Source of the DNA: an uncultured Gammaproteobacteria bacterium
Lineage (GTDB): Bacteria; Pseudomonadota; Gammaproteobacteria; DRLM01
Direction of reading: 5' to 3'
Assembly (NCBI GenBank): GCA_947259075.1
Contig: CAMYKQ010000015.1
Location: 4,792-68,791 of the forward strand
Length of the DNA stretch: 64,000 nucleotides
Shown here: positions 8,869-17,948 of the stretch, piece by piece
How the letters are laid out: each line of letters starts with the position of its first letter
How positions within the stretch are numbered: the first letter of the stretch is position 1
Translations under genes and position numbers: made by a program
Notes under the pieces: model-generated
The model's database searches: none
Told to the model about the DNA's origin: nothing
What the model saw: only the letters and a program-made list of their open reading frames with translations

Positions 8869-9786
8869 ATGAAGTGGATGAATTACGTGAATAGAGGGTT
8901 GCGGAATGGGCTGGCTATGTTATTGGCGGCCCTGGTTTGGAATCAAGCCGCGATGGCATCCGCGCCGCGGGCTGAGCGCGATGCGGATGCGATGCGGGCG
9001 GCCACGCCGGTGGCGCAACGCCTGAGTTACATCGAAAGCTTATTGCGTTCAAAGACCGGTCAGCGCTTGAACGCGTCGGATGACGCGATAGTGAAAAAAC
9101 AATTGTCCGATATACGCGAGTATTTGGCTAAGGCCAAGGCGGCGTTACAGGCCGGTGATACCGCGCGCGCGGAACAGTGGTCGGGTGAGATTATGGCGGC
9201 CTTGATGGCGGCGTCGCGCCGCTTGCCCGATGATGCGGATGATCTGCAGGCCGAGCAACTGCGTTATAAAAATCTGCGCCAAGGCATCGACGTCTTTCAG
9301 CAGGCGCGCCAGCGCAATGCCGGGCGTTTGAGCACCGAGGAAAACAAGTCGGCGCCGGGTTTCGACGCCAAGGCGGTGGCGGACTGGGTGCGCGAGGGAG
9401 ATCACGCCGCGGCGGGCGGCGATTACCGCACCGCCAACGCCTTTTTGCTCAATGCGCAAGAGGCGCTCACCGGCGCGATTCGCGGCATGTTGAATCACCG
9501 CACCTTGGTGCATGAGTTGAAGCTCGATTCCCCCGCGGCGGAGTATCAATACGAACTGCAACGCTATCAGGGCTACGCCGATTTGATCCCCGTCGCCATC
9601 GATATGCGCGCCCCGCCGGCGCAGACCATCACGCAAATGCTGGCCTCGATGGATAAGGCGCAGTGGATGGCGCGGCAGGCGGGACGGACGGCGGACAAGG
9701 GTGATTATCCCGTCGCGATCCGCATGCTGCTCGACGCCACCGATGTGGTGCGCGGCGCCTTGCGCGACGCCGGTGTTGAGATGTAA
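8869..9786 (+). CDS. Secreted, predicted all-helical hypothetical protein
   Basis: Signal peptide (AAMASA), then a long Ala/Arg/Gln-rich helical sequence. No family recognised. Confidence 0.55.
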   Translation: MKWMNYVNRGLRNGLAMLLAALVWNQAAMASAPRAERDADAMRAATPVAQRLSYIESLLRSKTGQRLNASDDAIVKKQLSDIREYLAKAKAALQAGDTARAEQWSGEIMAALMAASRRLPDDADDLQAEQLRYKNLRQGIDVFQQARQRNAGRLSTEENKSAPGFDAKAVADWVREGDHAAAGGDYRTANAFLLNAQEALTGAIRGMLNHRTLVHELKLDSPAAEYQYELQRYQGYADLIPVAIDMRAPPAQTITQMLASMDKAQWMARQAGRTADKGDYPVAIRMLLDATDVVRGALRDAGVEM

Positions 9787-9830
9787 CGCGTGGCCCCGCG
9801 GCCAGTGAGGCGCCGGAGACGGCGGCGCGC

Positions 9831-10595
9831 GTGTTCGGTTTAGCGCGCTGGTGGCGGCGGCGCGGCTTGCGCGATCCCGGGTTCTCGCCCGAGCAGTGGG
9901 CGGCGACGATGCAAGGCGTGGCCTTGTTGCGTGATTGGTCCCCCGCCGCACTGGCGCGCTTGCGCGAGCAGACGGTATTTTTTCTGCGCGCGAAGACCTT
10001 CACCGCCGCGGAGGGCGCGCGGCTCGATGATGCCGTGCGTCTGCTCATCGCCGCGCAGGCCTGCGTGCCCATCCTGCGTTTGGATATCGATTACTACGAC
10101 GGCTGGCGCGAGCTCATCGTCTACCCCGATACCTTCGTCACCCGCCATCAAGAACACGACGAGGCGGGTGTGCTGCACAGCTGGCGCCAGCCTTCGGCCG
10201 GTGAGGCCTGGTCACACGGCCCGGTGGTGTTGTCGCAAACCGACGTCGAGGAGTCCGCCCGCGCCCGGGACGGCTTTAACGTGGTGATCCACGAAATGGC
10301 GCACAAGCTGGATATGCTGAACGGTGATGCCAACGGTTTTCCGCCATTGCACCGCGAGATGCGCGTGCAGGATTGGGTGAGCGGCTGGTCTGCATCCTAT
10401 GAGGCTTTTTGCGCGGAGCTGGAGGCGGGCGGCGCGCCGGCGCTGGACCCTTATGCCGCGGAGAGTCCGGCGGAATTTTTCGCGGTGATGAGCGAGGCCT
10501 TTTTCGAGCTGCCCGACGAGGTGCTTGCGCACTTCCCTTTACTCTATCCCCAGCTCACGGGTTTTTACCGTTACGATCCCCGCGGCCCCGCCTGA
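9831..10595 (+). CDS. mtfA: MtfA-like zinc metallopeptidase (M90 family)
   Basis: GWRELIVYPD..., SAGEAW..GPVVLS, and the HEMAHKLD zinc motif typical of MtfA/DUF980. Confidence 0.8.
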   Translation: MFGLARWWRRRGLRDPGFSPEQWAATMQGVALLRDWSPAALARLREQTVFFLRAKTFTAAEGARLDDAVRLLIAAQACVPILRLDIDYYDGWRELIVYPDTFVTRHQEHDEAGVLHSWRQPSAGEAWSHGPVVLSQTDVEESARARDGFNVVIHEMAHKLDMLNGDANGFPPLHREMRVQDWVSGWSASYEAFCAELEAGGAPALDPYAAESPAEFFAVMSEAFFELPDEVLAHFPLLYPQLTGFYRYDPRGPA

Positions 10596-10609
10596 GCCCG
10601 TGGCCGCGC

Positions 10610-10769
10610 AAAAAAATAGCGCTGTCCGAAGACAGCGCTATCGCTCAAGGAGGGATGAACGAAAGACGCTTCACAGTTGGTTTGGACACCCGCCGCAGTC
10701 AGGGAAACTGTGGGCTCACTGAGTGTCCAGAAAGATCCGCCGGGGAGCGGATAACTCATCCAGCGGACA
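10610..10769 (-). ncRNA. Candidate sigma-54-dependent small RNA (about 160 nt)
   Basis: It is bounded by the -24/-12 promoter at 10780-10796 and by the terminator AGCGCTGTC-TTCG-GACAGCGCT plus A-T7 (10610-10639, U-run only on the minus strand). The longest minus-strand ORF inside is 19 codons. Internal hairpins lie at 10735-10752 and 10684-10728. An unpaired CCCTCCTT sits at 10647-10654. Confidence 0.45.
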
Positions 10770-10779
10770 TTTCATTTAT

Positions 10780-10796
10780 AGCAATCGATATGCCAA
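10780..10796 (-). promoter_or_regulatory. Sigma-54 (-24/-12) promoter
   Basis: The minus strand reads TTGGCATATCGATTGCT against the consensus YTGGCACG-N4-TTGCW. Only two non-critical mismatches. Predicted +1 is near 10769. Confidence 0.55.
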
Positions 10797-10882
10797 CAGC
10801 TAGCCGTCTATTGTTAATCATCAAGTTAGCTCGAATTCATTGGTGTTTGGAGCGGCAGAATTCTTCATTCTTGTCTAAATTA

Positions 10883-10963
10883 GTCTCCGCATAGAGACAG
10901 ATGGAGACAAGATGGAGGTAAGGAGCTGAACCCAGTGGCAAAGATCTGTCTCCTGACGGAGAC
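10883..10963. promoter_or_regulatory. Dyad-symmetric candidate enhancer-binding sites
   Basis: GTCTCC-TGAC-GGAGAC is a perfect 16-bp palindrome (10948-10963). GTCTCC-N14-GGAGAC lies at 10883-10908. Both contain (T/A)GTC-N10-GAC(A/G). They sit about 100 and 160 nt upstream of the -24 element. Confidence 0.35.
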
Positions 10964-11072
10964 GGCGCGCGTTGTTTCCCAAATAAGAGTGAGATATCAA
11001 AGAAACCGCCCCGGCGGCCGATACGCATGGTGACGATGCCGGTGTTTGTAAGGATGACGGCCAGGAGTAACT

Positions 11073-13517
11073 ATGAGTGACGGCGACAAGGCAGTAAATA
11101 ACGGCGCGCGCAATGTACACGGTGGCGGTGTTTCGTCCGAGCACGCCTTGCTGTTGCGTTGCCGTCAGCGCGCCGAAAAGTATTTGCGCGAGGCGATCAA
11201 GCAGGTCTTCGATAAAACCGATGACCTCTTGTTCGAGCGCAGCAATAAAGACGAAGCCAATGGCGGCGGCGTCAAGTACTTCGACGCCCTGCGTGAATTG
11301 CGGGTCAAGCGTCAGGACCTCACGCAAAAATACCTCGAAGGCTTCGCGCGGGAGCACGACAGCCGTTTGCGCCGGGTGCCAGTGACGGCGAGCAAGTCCG
11401 CGGCGCAGCCGCAACAGGGCGGCGGTTTGTCTCTCATCGATGAAAAGGAACTGGAAGAATCCCTGGCCATCGAGGGGCAGGTGGGCAAGGCCAATGAGCG
11501 TTTCGGCAATCTATTGTTCGCGCTCAGTCAGCGTTACAGCGTCTTGGTCAAGGGCATCAAGGTGGAGGCGGAGAGCCACCCGCTGGCGCCCGATGTCATT
11601 TGTCACGCCTTCCGCGACGCGATCGGCGGCATCGAGCTCAGCGTCGAAATCAAGCTCATCATCTACAAACTCTTCGAGCAGAACACGGTGAAGCAGCTAG
11701 GCCCGGTTTACGAGGAGTTAAATACCCTGCTCGCCGATGCCGGGATTTTGCCGCAACTCAAGGTCGCCGCCGCTGTGCGCACCAGCGACAGCGGGGCTGA
11801 AAAACCCCGTCCCGAAGCCAGCGAGGCCGCCCCCGCCGCGACGACGACCCTGCCGGTGCCGGCCGCCTCCTTGCCGGCGCTCGTCGATCCCGGGGAAGGC
11901 GATGGCGATATCTATCAAACCCTGCAACGTTTGATGAACCTGAAAAAATACGGCGCGCCGGCCGGTGGCGGCGCCGCGGCTGGCGGTGGTAGTGGCGGCG
12001 GTAGTGGCGGTGCGGGCGGCGGGGCCGCCGTGTTGCCGCCGGTACCGGCCGATGCCTTAGTCCACGGCCTGTCTTTATTGCAGCATATGCCGCCGCCTCC
12101 GCCCGAGATCATGGCGGGCGAAGCGGCGATTGCCTACATCAAATCAGGATTGCTGGCGCAGTTGGGTGAGATGGCGGCGGGCAAGGCCATCGATCCGGTC
12201 ACCGACAACACCATCGACGTCATCGGGATGATCTTCGAGTTCATCATCGACGAGCCCAGTATTCCCGAGCTGGTCAAGCGCCTGCTCAATCAGTTGCAAA
12301 TCCCCATTCTCAAAGTCGCCATCGTCGACAAAGAATTCTTCGCCAACAAACAGCACCCCGCCCGCCGCCTGTTGAATACCCTAGGTCACACCAGCATCGG
12401 CTGGAACGACAAGGATGAAACCACCCAAGGACGCCGCTTCGAGAAAATGGAATACACCGTCGGCCGGGTCCTCAAGGAATATGAGACCGATCCCGGCGTC
12501 TTCGCCGAATTGCTGGCCGACTTCACCGCCTTCCTCGCCAGTGAAGGCGATGACGATTTGTTGCAGGACGAGCCGGACGCGGAGACAGTGGCCGAAGAAA
12601 CGGTGGCGCCGCCGCCGGGTAAACACGCCTTCGAGGCCGTGGAGTTGCGTTTGGAGGGGGTGGAGGCGCCGCGCATCGTCCGTGAGTTTTTGCGTAATAC
12701 CTGGCGCCGCGTCTTGGAACGGGTCGCGGCCAGCGAGGGCGTGGAGGGCGATCTCTGGCGTCATCGCGAACAAGTGCTGAGCGATTTACTCTGGAGCGTG
12801 GAACCCAAGACCGGAGAGGACCGCCGCCGCATGGTGGCCCTGTTGCCGCGCCTCTTGGGCGCGCTGCAAGACGGCATGCAATCCGTTGGTTGCACCGCCG
12901 ATGAAATGGACGCCGTGCTCAACGGACTGGAACCCATACACATGGCCTGTCTGCGTGGCGAGGCGCCGCCGCCCGACGCGCCCGAGCCCGAAGCGCCGCC
13001 GCAAGCGGTGGAAGCAGCGCGCCCGCCGGCCTCCGACGAAGTGGCCGATATGATTCGTTCCATCCAGCAAGGCCTGAGCGGCGCCGATCCCTTCAATGAC
13101 GATACCGGCTTCAACAGCGGTGTCGCCAGCGTGGAGCGCGAACTGGCGCGGGTGGCGCGGGGCGGCGAGTTCAACCGTCCGCTTCCCGAGCCGGAAATAG
13201 AAGAAGAGCCGCTCGAAGCCGAAGAAGAGCTCATCGAAGATGAATTCACCGAAATGACCCGCGACATGGCCATGGGCACTTGGCTGGAGTTCGAGCTGGA
13301 AGGTAAAAAGCGCCGCGGCAAACTCGGCTGGAAAAGCGCGGTGATGGGCGAGTATGTCTTCGTCGACCGCCGCTACAAAGTGGTGGCGGAACGCACCTTG
13401 GCCGAATTGGCCGCCGAGCTGCGCGAGGGCCGGGCGCGGGCGGTGGAAAACGTGGCGATGTTCGACCGCGCGCTCGACGCGGTGATGAGCGGCCTGACCA
13501 GCGGCGCGCGCGGCTAA
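11073..13517 (+). CDS. DUF1631-family protein
   Basis: The N-terminal region (LLLRCRQRAEKYL...FDKTDDLLFERS...YFDALRELR) and the conserved C-terminal W.EF...GKLGWKS module are typical of DUF1631. An internal Gly/Ser/Ala and Pro-rich tract is present. Confidence 0.8.
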   Translation: MSDGDKAVNNGARNVHGGGVSSEHALLLRCRQRAEKYLREAIKQVFDKTDDLLFERSNKDEANGGGVKYFDALRELRVKRQDLTQKYLEGFAREHDSRLRRVPVTASKSAAQPQQGGGLSLIDEKELEESLAIEGQVGKANERFGNLLFALSQRYSVLVKGIKVEAESHPLAPDVICHAFRDAIGGIELSVEIKLIIYKLFEQNTVKQLGPVYEELNTLLADAGILPQLKVAAAVRTSDSGAEKPRPEASEAAPAATTTLPVPAASLPALVDPGEGDGDIYQTLQRLMNLKKYGAPAGGGAAAGGGSGGGSGGAGGGAAVLPPVPADALVHGLSLLQHMPPPPPEIMAGEAAIAYIKSGLLAQLGEMAAGKAIDPVTDNTIDVIGMIFEFIIDEPSIPELVKRLLNQLQIPILKVAIVDKEFFANKQHPARRLLNTLGHTSIGWNDKDETTQGRRFEKMEYTVGRVLKEYETDPGVFAELLADFTAFLASEGDDDLLQDEPDAETVAEETVAPPPGKHAFEAVELRLEGVEAPRIVREFLRNTWRRVLERVAASEGVEGDLWRHREQVLSDLLWSVEPKTGEDRRRMVALLPRLLGALQDGMQSVGCTADEMDAVLNGLEPIHMACLRGEAPPPDAPEPEAPPQAVEAARPPASDEVADMIRSIQQGLSGADPFNDDTGFNSGVASVERELARVARGGEFNRPLPEPEIEEEPLEAEEELIEDEFTEMTRDMAMGTWLEFELEGKKRRGKLGWKSAVMGEYVFVDRRYKVVAERTLAELAAELREGRARAVENVAMFDRALDAVMSGLTSGARG

Positions 13518-13639
13518 TAAATCTCCGCATTTTATATTTATCGCCGGTGCCCCCGCGGTTTGCCGCGCCGCCGGGCTTGGGTTATCTTGCCTGAGGGCGC
13601 CAGCGCGCGTCCGCCGGATCCAAACGATAGGACGGTGCC

Positions 13640-14851
13640 ATGACAGCAGCACGGAGTCTCGACGGAATCTTACGGCGCGGGTTGACCCTGGGTTTGGTCT
13701 GCCTGCTGGGGCTGATGGCGTGGCGCGCGGAGGCGGAGACCGCCTGCGTCAAACCAGGCGAATGGCTGCGCATGGCGGACGGCAAAGCGGTCGCCAACGA
13801 TGCCTTGCTGCGCCAAGTCAGCCAGCAGCGCGTGGTGTTGCTGGGTGAACACCATACCAATGCCGATCATCACCGCTGGCAATTACAAATGCTCGCCGGG
13901 CTGTTCGCGCTCAAGCCGAAGCTGGCCATCGGCTTCGAGATGTTTCCTCAAGAGGCGCAGCCGGTGCTGGATCGCTGGGTGGCGGGCGAGCTCAGCGAAA
14001 AGGAATTTTTAACTCAAACCCATTGGCGCAGCGGCTGGCGTTTCGACGCCGCGTTGTACATGCCGCTGTTTCACTTCGCCCGCATCAATCACATTCCCAT
14101 GATCGCCCTCAACGTCAACCCCGAGCTGGTGACGCAGGTGCGGCGCGAGGGCTGGGCCGCCGTCGCCCCCGAGGCGCGCCAAGGCATCACCGACCCCGCG
14201 CCCGCCAGCCGCGCGTATCTGGAAATGCTGGCGGGCAGTTTCGTCGCCCATCGTCCCGGTCACGCGCAAGGGGAGGCAACGGCTGACTTCGAGGGTGAGG
14301 AGAAAAAGGCCTTTCAGCGTTTCGTCGAAGGGCAGTTGCTGTGGGACCGTGCCATGGCCGAGGCCCTGGCCGCGGTGGCCAAGCGTAAAGACGCGCCCTT
14401 GGTGGTGGGCATCATGGGCACCGGCCATATGGTCTACGACTTCGGCGTGCCGCATCAGCTCAAGGCCTTGGGGGTGGACGCCACGGCCGCGTTGATTCCC
14501 TGGGACGATCAAATCAGTTGCGATGAAATGGTGCCCGGCTTTGCCTATGCGGTGTTCGGTCTCAACGCCGGCGCCGCGGAAGACGAGGTGGAGAAGCCCC
14601 GGCTCGGCGTCTTTCTCGAACCGGCGGAGGATGGCGTGAAGGTGGTCAAGCTGATGGAGCGCAGCGTGGGCGAGACCAGCGGTCTCAAAGAAGGTGACCG
14701 CATCGTCGCCATGGCCGGCGCGCCGGTGACGGCCGTGGATGAGATCATCGAAAGGGTGCAGGCGATGTTGCCCGGCGCCTGGCTGCCGCTAAGCGTGCAA
14801 CGCGGCGAGCAGCGGCTGGATCTGGTGGCGAAGTTTCCGGCTAAACCTTGA
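13640..14851 (+). CDS. ChaN-like (haem-binding uptake, Tiki superfamily) protein with a C-terminal PDZ domain
   Basis: Signal peptide, VVLLGEHHTNADHHRWQ motif of ChaN/DUF399, and a C-terminal GLKEGDRIVAMAG PDZ signature. Confidence 0.7.
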   Translation: MTAARSLDGILRRGLTLGLVCLLGLMAWRAEAETACVKPGEWLRMADGKAVANDALLRQVSQQRVVLLGEHHTNADHHRWQLQMLAGLFALKPKLAIGFEMFPQEAQPVLDRWVAGELSEKEFLTQTHWRSGWRFDAALYMPLFHFARINHIPMIALNVNPELVTQVRREGWAAVAPEARQGITDPAPASRAYLEMLAGSFVAHRPGHAQGEATADFEGEEKKAFQRFVEGQLLWDRAMAEALAAVAKRKDAPLVVGIMGTGHMVYDFGVPHQLKALGVDATAALIPWDDQISCDEMVPGFAYAVFGLNAGAAEDEVEKPRLGVFLEPAEDGVKVVKLMERSVGETSGLKEGDRIVAMAGAPVTAVDEIIERVQAMLPGAWLPLSVQRGEQRLDLVAKFPAKP

Positions 14852-14878
14852 GCATGTCCGGCGGCGGCGCCGCGTTTT

Positions 14879-15763
14879 TTATTCCGCCGCGACGATGCGA
14901 TTGCGCAAGCGGCCGATGCCGCTGACTTCGCATTCCACCACGTCGCCCGGCCGCAGAAACTCCGGCGGCGTGCGGGCGAAACCCACCCCGGCCGGGGTGC
15001 CGGTGGCGATGATGTCGCCCGGCTCCAAGGTCATGCCGCGTGATATCACCGCGATGGCGTCAGCGATGGAGAAGATTTGCTCGCGGGTATTGCCGCGTTG
15101 TTTTAACTCAGCGTTGACCCAGCAGCGCAAATCGAGTCGCTGCGGCGCGGTGATCTCATCGGCCGTGACCAGCCACGGCCCCATGGGACAGGCGCCGTCC
15201 AGACTCTTGCCGAGAAAATATTGCTTGTGGCGGAATTGCAGATCGCGCGCCGAGAGGTCATTGAGCACGGTGTAACCGAAGACATGATCCAGCGCGCGCG
15301 CGGCGGGGATGCCGCGGCCGCCGCGGCCGATGATGACCGCCAGTTCCACTTCCCAATCCAATTGCGTGGTCACGCGGTCATCGAGCGGGATATCCGCGTG
15401 CGGGCCGGTGACGCTGGTGACGGCCTTGGTGAACACCACGAGGTGCTCGGGCGCTGTGGGTGAGCGGCCGTGTACCGCGAGGGATTCCGCCGCGTGTTCG
15501 GCGTAATTCAAACCCAGGCAGATGATATTTTTACGCGGGCGCGGGATGGGCGCGAGCAAGTGGACGGCGGCGAGCGGCACGCGGCACAGCGGCGGGCAGT
15601 CGCGCAGCGCGGCGGCGTAGCGCCGCCACTGCGCGGGCCCGGCCTCGATGAGGCTGAGCATATCGTTCGGCGCCGCCCCGGCCAGGGCGGGCAGGATCAC
15701 CGTTTCTTCCTCGGCCGCGCCCAAATAGCGCTGGCCGGCGTATTCGCAACTGATTAAACGCAT
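14879..15763 (-). CDS. Fumarylacetoacetate hydrolase (FAH) family protein
   Basis: KNIICLGLNYAEHA, DWEVELAVIIG and GDIIATGTPAGVG motifs. Confidence 0.85.
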   Translation of the reverse strand: MRLISCEYAGQRYLGAAEEETVILPALAGAAPNDMLSLIEAGPAQWRRYAAALRDCPPLCRVPLAAVHLLAPIPRPRKNIICLGLNYAEHAAESLAVHGRSPTAPEHLVVFTKAVTSVTGPHADIPLDDRVTTQLDWEVELAVIIGRGGRGIPAARALDHVFGYTVLNDLSARDLQFRHKQYFLGKSLDGACPMGPWLVTADEITAPQRLDLRCWVNAELKQRGNTREQIFSIADAIAVISRGMTLEPGDIIATGTPAGVGFARTPPEFLRPGDVVECEVSGIGRLRNRIVAAE

Positions 15764-15992
15764 GCCCCATGCCTCCGCCGCTATCGTGGGCGATTATGCC
15801 ATGCGCGCGAAAACGGCCCCAAGCGGCGATCGCTTTACCCGCGCGGTTCGTGAGCTTGAAAGGCGCGGCGGGCTTGGGTCATCATGAAGACCCTTCACTC
15901 TGGTATATACTCCCGGTTTCCGTCATTTCCTGGTCAAGGTGCGCCGGGTGCCTGGCAAGCCGGGATTCTTTCACCGTTAAGCGGAGACATTC

Positions 15993-16613
15993 ATGAGCCA
16001 TAAACCACAGGCCGGCGGCCTCCGCCGTTATCCGCCCCAAGCCGAACCCGGCAATCCGCAACAGCAGAGTTTGGAGCCCTTGGTGCGCGAGCTCTTGCAC
16101 AAGCTGGGGGAGAACCCCGAGCGCGACGGACTCAAGCGCACGCCGGAGCGCATCGCCGCCGCCCTGACCTTTCTCACCAGCGGTTACAGCCAAACGGTGC
16201 AGGAGGTGGTGCAGGGCGCCCTCTTCGCCGATGACTGCAACGAGATGGTCATCGTCAAGGACGTGGAGTTTTATTCCCAGTGCGAACACCATATGCTGCC
16301 CTTCTTCGGGCGGGTGCACGTGGGCTACGTGCCCGATGGCAAGATCATCGGCTTGAGTAAAATAGCGCGCATCGTCGATGTCTTCAGCCGGCGGCTGCAA
16401 GTACAGGAGCGCATGACCGGTCAAATCGCCGAGGGTTTGATGGAAGTGCTGTCGCCGCGCGGCGTGGGCGTGGTGGTCGAGGCCAGCCATTTCTGCATGA
16501 TGATGCGCGGCGTACAGAAGCAGAACAGCTCCACCATCAGCAGCGCCATGCGCGGCATTTTTCAGGAAGACGCCCGCACCCGAGCGGAATTCATGGAGTT
16601 GATCCGGCGCTAA
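15993..16613 (+). CDS. folE: GTP cyclohydrolase I
   Basis: [28 protein letters not shown] and RLQVQERMT signatures. Confidence 0.92.
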   Translation: MSHKPQAGGLRRYPPQAEPGNPQQQSLEPLVRELLHKLGENPERDGLKRTPERIAAALTFLTSGYSQTVQEVVQGALFADDCNEMVIVKDVEFYSQCEHHMLPFFGRVHVGYVPDGKIIGLSKIARIVDVFSRRLQVQERMTGQIAEGLMEVLSPRGVGVVVEASHFCMMMRGVQKQNSSTISSAMRGIFQEDARTRAEFMELIRR

Positions 16614-16678
16614 CGCGGCGGCGTGACGAGCGCGGATGATATCCGTTTGGTGATACCTAAAAACATTAAGGAAGCGAT

Positions 16679-17692
16679 ATGAGTGACACCTCTCCCCTGG
16701 CAGCGGCGCAAGAGAAATTCGTGGCGGCGGTGCCGCTTAAAACCGTGGCCGCGGAAACGGTGAAGCTGGACGCGGCCTTGGGCCGTAACTTATTCGCCGA
16801 CATCACCGCGCCCACTGATCTGCCGCCGTATCACCGCGCCATCGTCGAAGGCTTCGTGGTGCATACCGAAGACACGCGCGCCGCCGATGAGAAAACGCCC
16901 GTGAGTTTCGAGATCGCCGGTTTGGTCAAGCCCGGCGACGAGCGCTGCCCCGCCTTCGCCCGCGGTCAAGCGATTGAAGTGATGACCGGCAGCGTGCTGC
17001 CCGACGGCCCCTATTCCATCGTGCGCATGTGGGAGGCCAAGCGCGAGGGGCGGCGTTTCAGCATCAGCCGGCCGTTTCCGCCGCGTTTTTTTATCGAGGA
17101 CCAAGGCTGCGATTTGAAACAAGGCGCCGTGGTCGTGGCGGCGGGCACCTGTCTGGAACCGCTGGACTTGGGCAATCTCGCCGCCCTGGGTATCGCCAGC
17201 GTCAGCGTGGCGCGCGCGCCGCGGGTGACGATTTATTCCTGCGGCGATGAGGTCATTCCCTTCGAGCAGGCCCTGCGTCCCGGCTTGATCCGCGACAGCA
17301 ATGCGGTGATGTTGCGCGCGGCGGTGCGCGCGGCGGGCGGCGAGCCTATCGACGGCGGAATCATGCGCGATGATTTCGACGCCTTCGTTCACACCGCGAA
17401 AACCGCGCTGGCCAAGTGCGATATGCTGCTGATCTCCGGCGGCACCGCCGCGGGCGGACGCGATTTCATTTCCGATCTGGTGCGCGCCCTCGGGGAATTA
17501 TTGGTCGACGGCGTGCCCATGCGTTCGGGCCGGCCGCTAATCATGGGCGTGGCCCAGGGCAAACCCATTGTCTGCGTCGCGGGTCATCCGCCCGAGGCCT
17601 TGCGCGGGTTCAATCTCTTCGGCGCCGCGGCGTTGAACCGCTTGATGGGCCGCGCCGCGCCTTTGCCGCAGGACGCGCCGCCGCCTCAATAA
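16679..17692 (+). CDS. MoeA-like molybdopterin-binding protein lacking the C-terminal MoeA domain IV
   Basis: MoeA_N pattern (PPYHRAIVEGF) and MoCF-binding domain (DMLLISGGTAAG). At 337 aa it ends right after domain III. Confidence 0.7.
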   Translation: MSDTSPLAAAQEKFVAAVPLKTVAAETVKLDAALGRNLFADITAPTDLPPYHRAIVEGFVVHTEDTRAADEKTPVSFEIAGLVKPGDERCPAFARGQAIEVMTGSVLPDGPYSIVRMWEAKREGRRFSISRPFPPRFFIEDQGCDLKQGAVVVAAGTCLEPLDLGNLAALGIASVSVARAPRVTIYSCGDEVIPFEQALRPGLIRDSNAVMLRAAVRAAGGEPIDGGIMRDDFDAFVHTAKTALAKCDMLLISGGTAAGGRDFISDLVRALGELLVDGVPMRSGRPLIMGVAQGKPIVCVAGHPPEALRGFNLFGAAALNRLMGRAAPLPQDAPPPQ

Positions 17693-17913
17693 TGCGGCGG
17701 CGGAGTTTCTTCCCAAGGCTGGGCGAGGTTGGCGGGGCTGAGCTCCTGCTGGCGGCGCCGCAGCGCCTCCACCTCTTTGCGCAATTGAGTGATGAGCCGC
17801 TGGTGTTCCGCGATCACGTCGTTGAGCGCCTGCACGGTGGCGTCTTGGTGGGTGAGGCGGATCTCCAGCTCGGCGAAACGGGCTTCGGTGTTTGCTTCAT
17901 TCATGGTGTTCAC
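17686..17913 (-). CDS. slyX: SlyX-family protein
   Basis: RFAELEIRLTHQDATVQALNDVI...Q coiled-coil pattern, 75 aa. Confidence 0.8.
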   Translation of the reverse strand: MNTMNEANTEARFAELEIRLTHQDATVQALNDVIAEHQRLITQLRKEVEALRRRQQELSPANLAQPWEETPPPHY

Positions 17914-17948
17914 CAGTCAAAAAAGGGGCGCGGCGGCGAGGGCTGAGC

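Noticed and set aside
10654-10894. 79-codon plus-strand ORF starting at the AAGGAGGG-ATG (part of track ORF 10409-10894)
   Set aside because: The RBS-to-ATG spacing is essentially zero and the sequence has no family resemblance. The region is better explained by the minus-strand promoter and terminator pair.
10895-10930. Cluster of GGA motifs (ATGGAGACAAGATGGAGGTAAGGAGC) suggesting a Csr/Rsm-titrating sRNA on the plus strand
   Set aside because: There is no plus-strand terminator, and the GGA motifs lie within the dyad repeats rather than in hairpin loops. These are better explained as activator sites or the DUF1631 leader.
12761-13652. 186-aa and 288-aa minus-strand ORFs inside the DUF1631 gene
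   Set aside because: They are antisense or alternative-frame artefacts with low-complexity Ser/Arg/Ala/Gly composition and no RBS.
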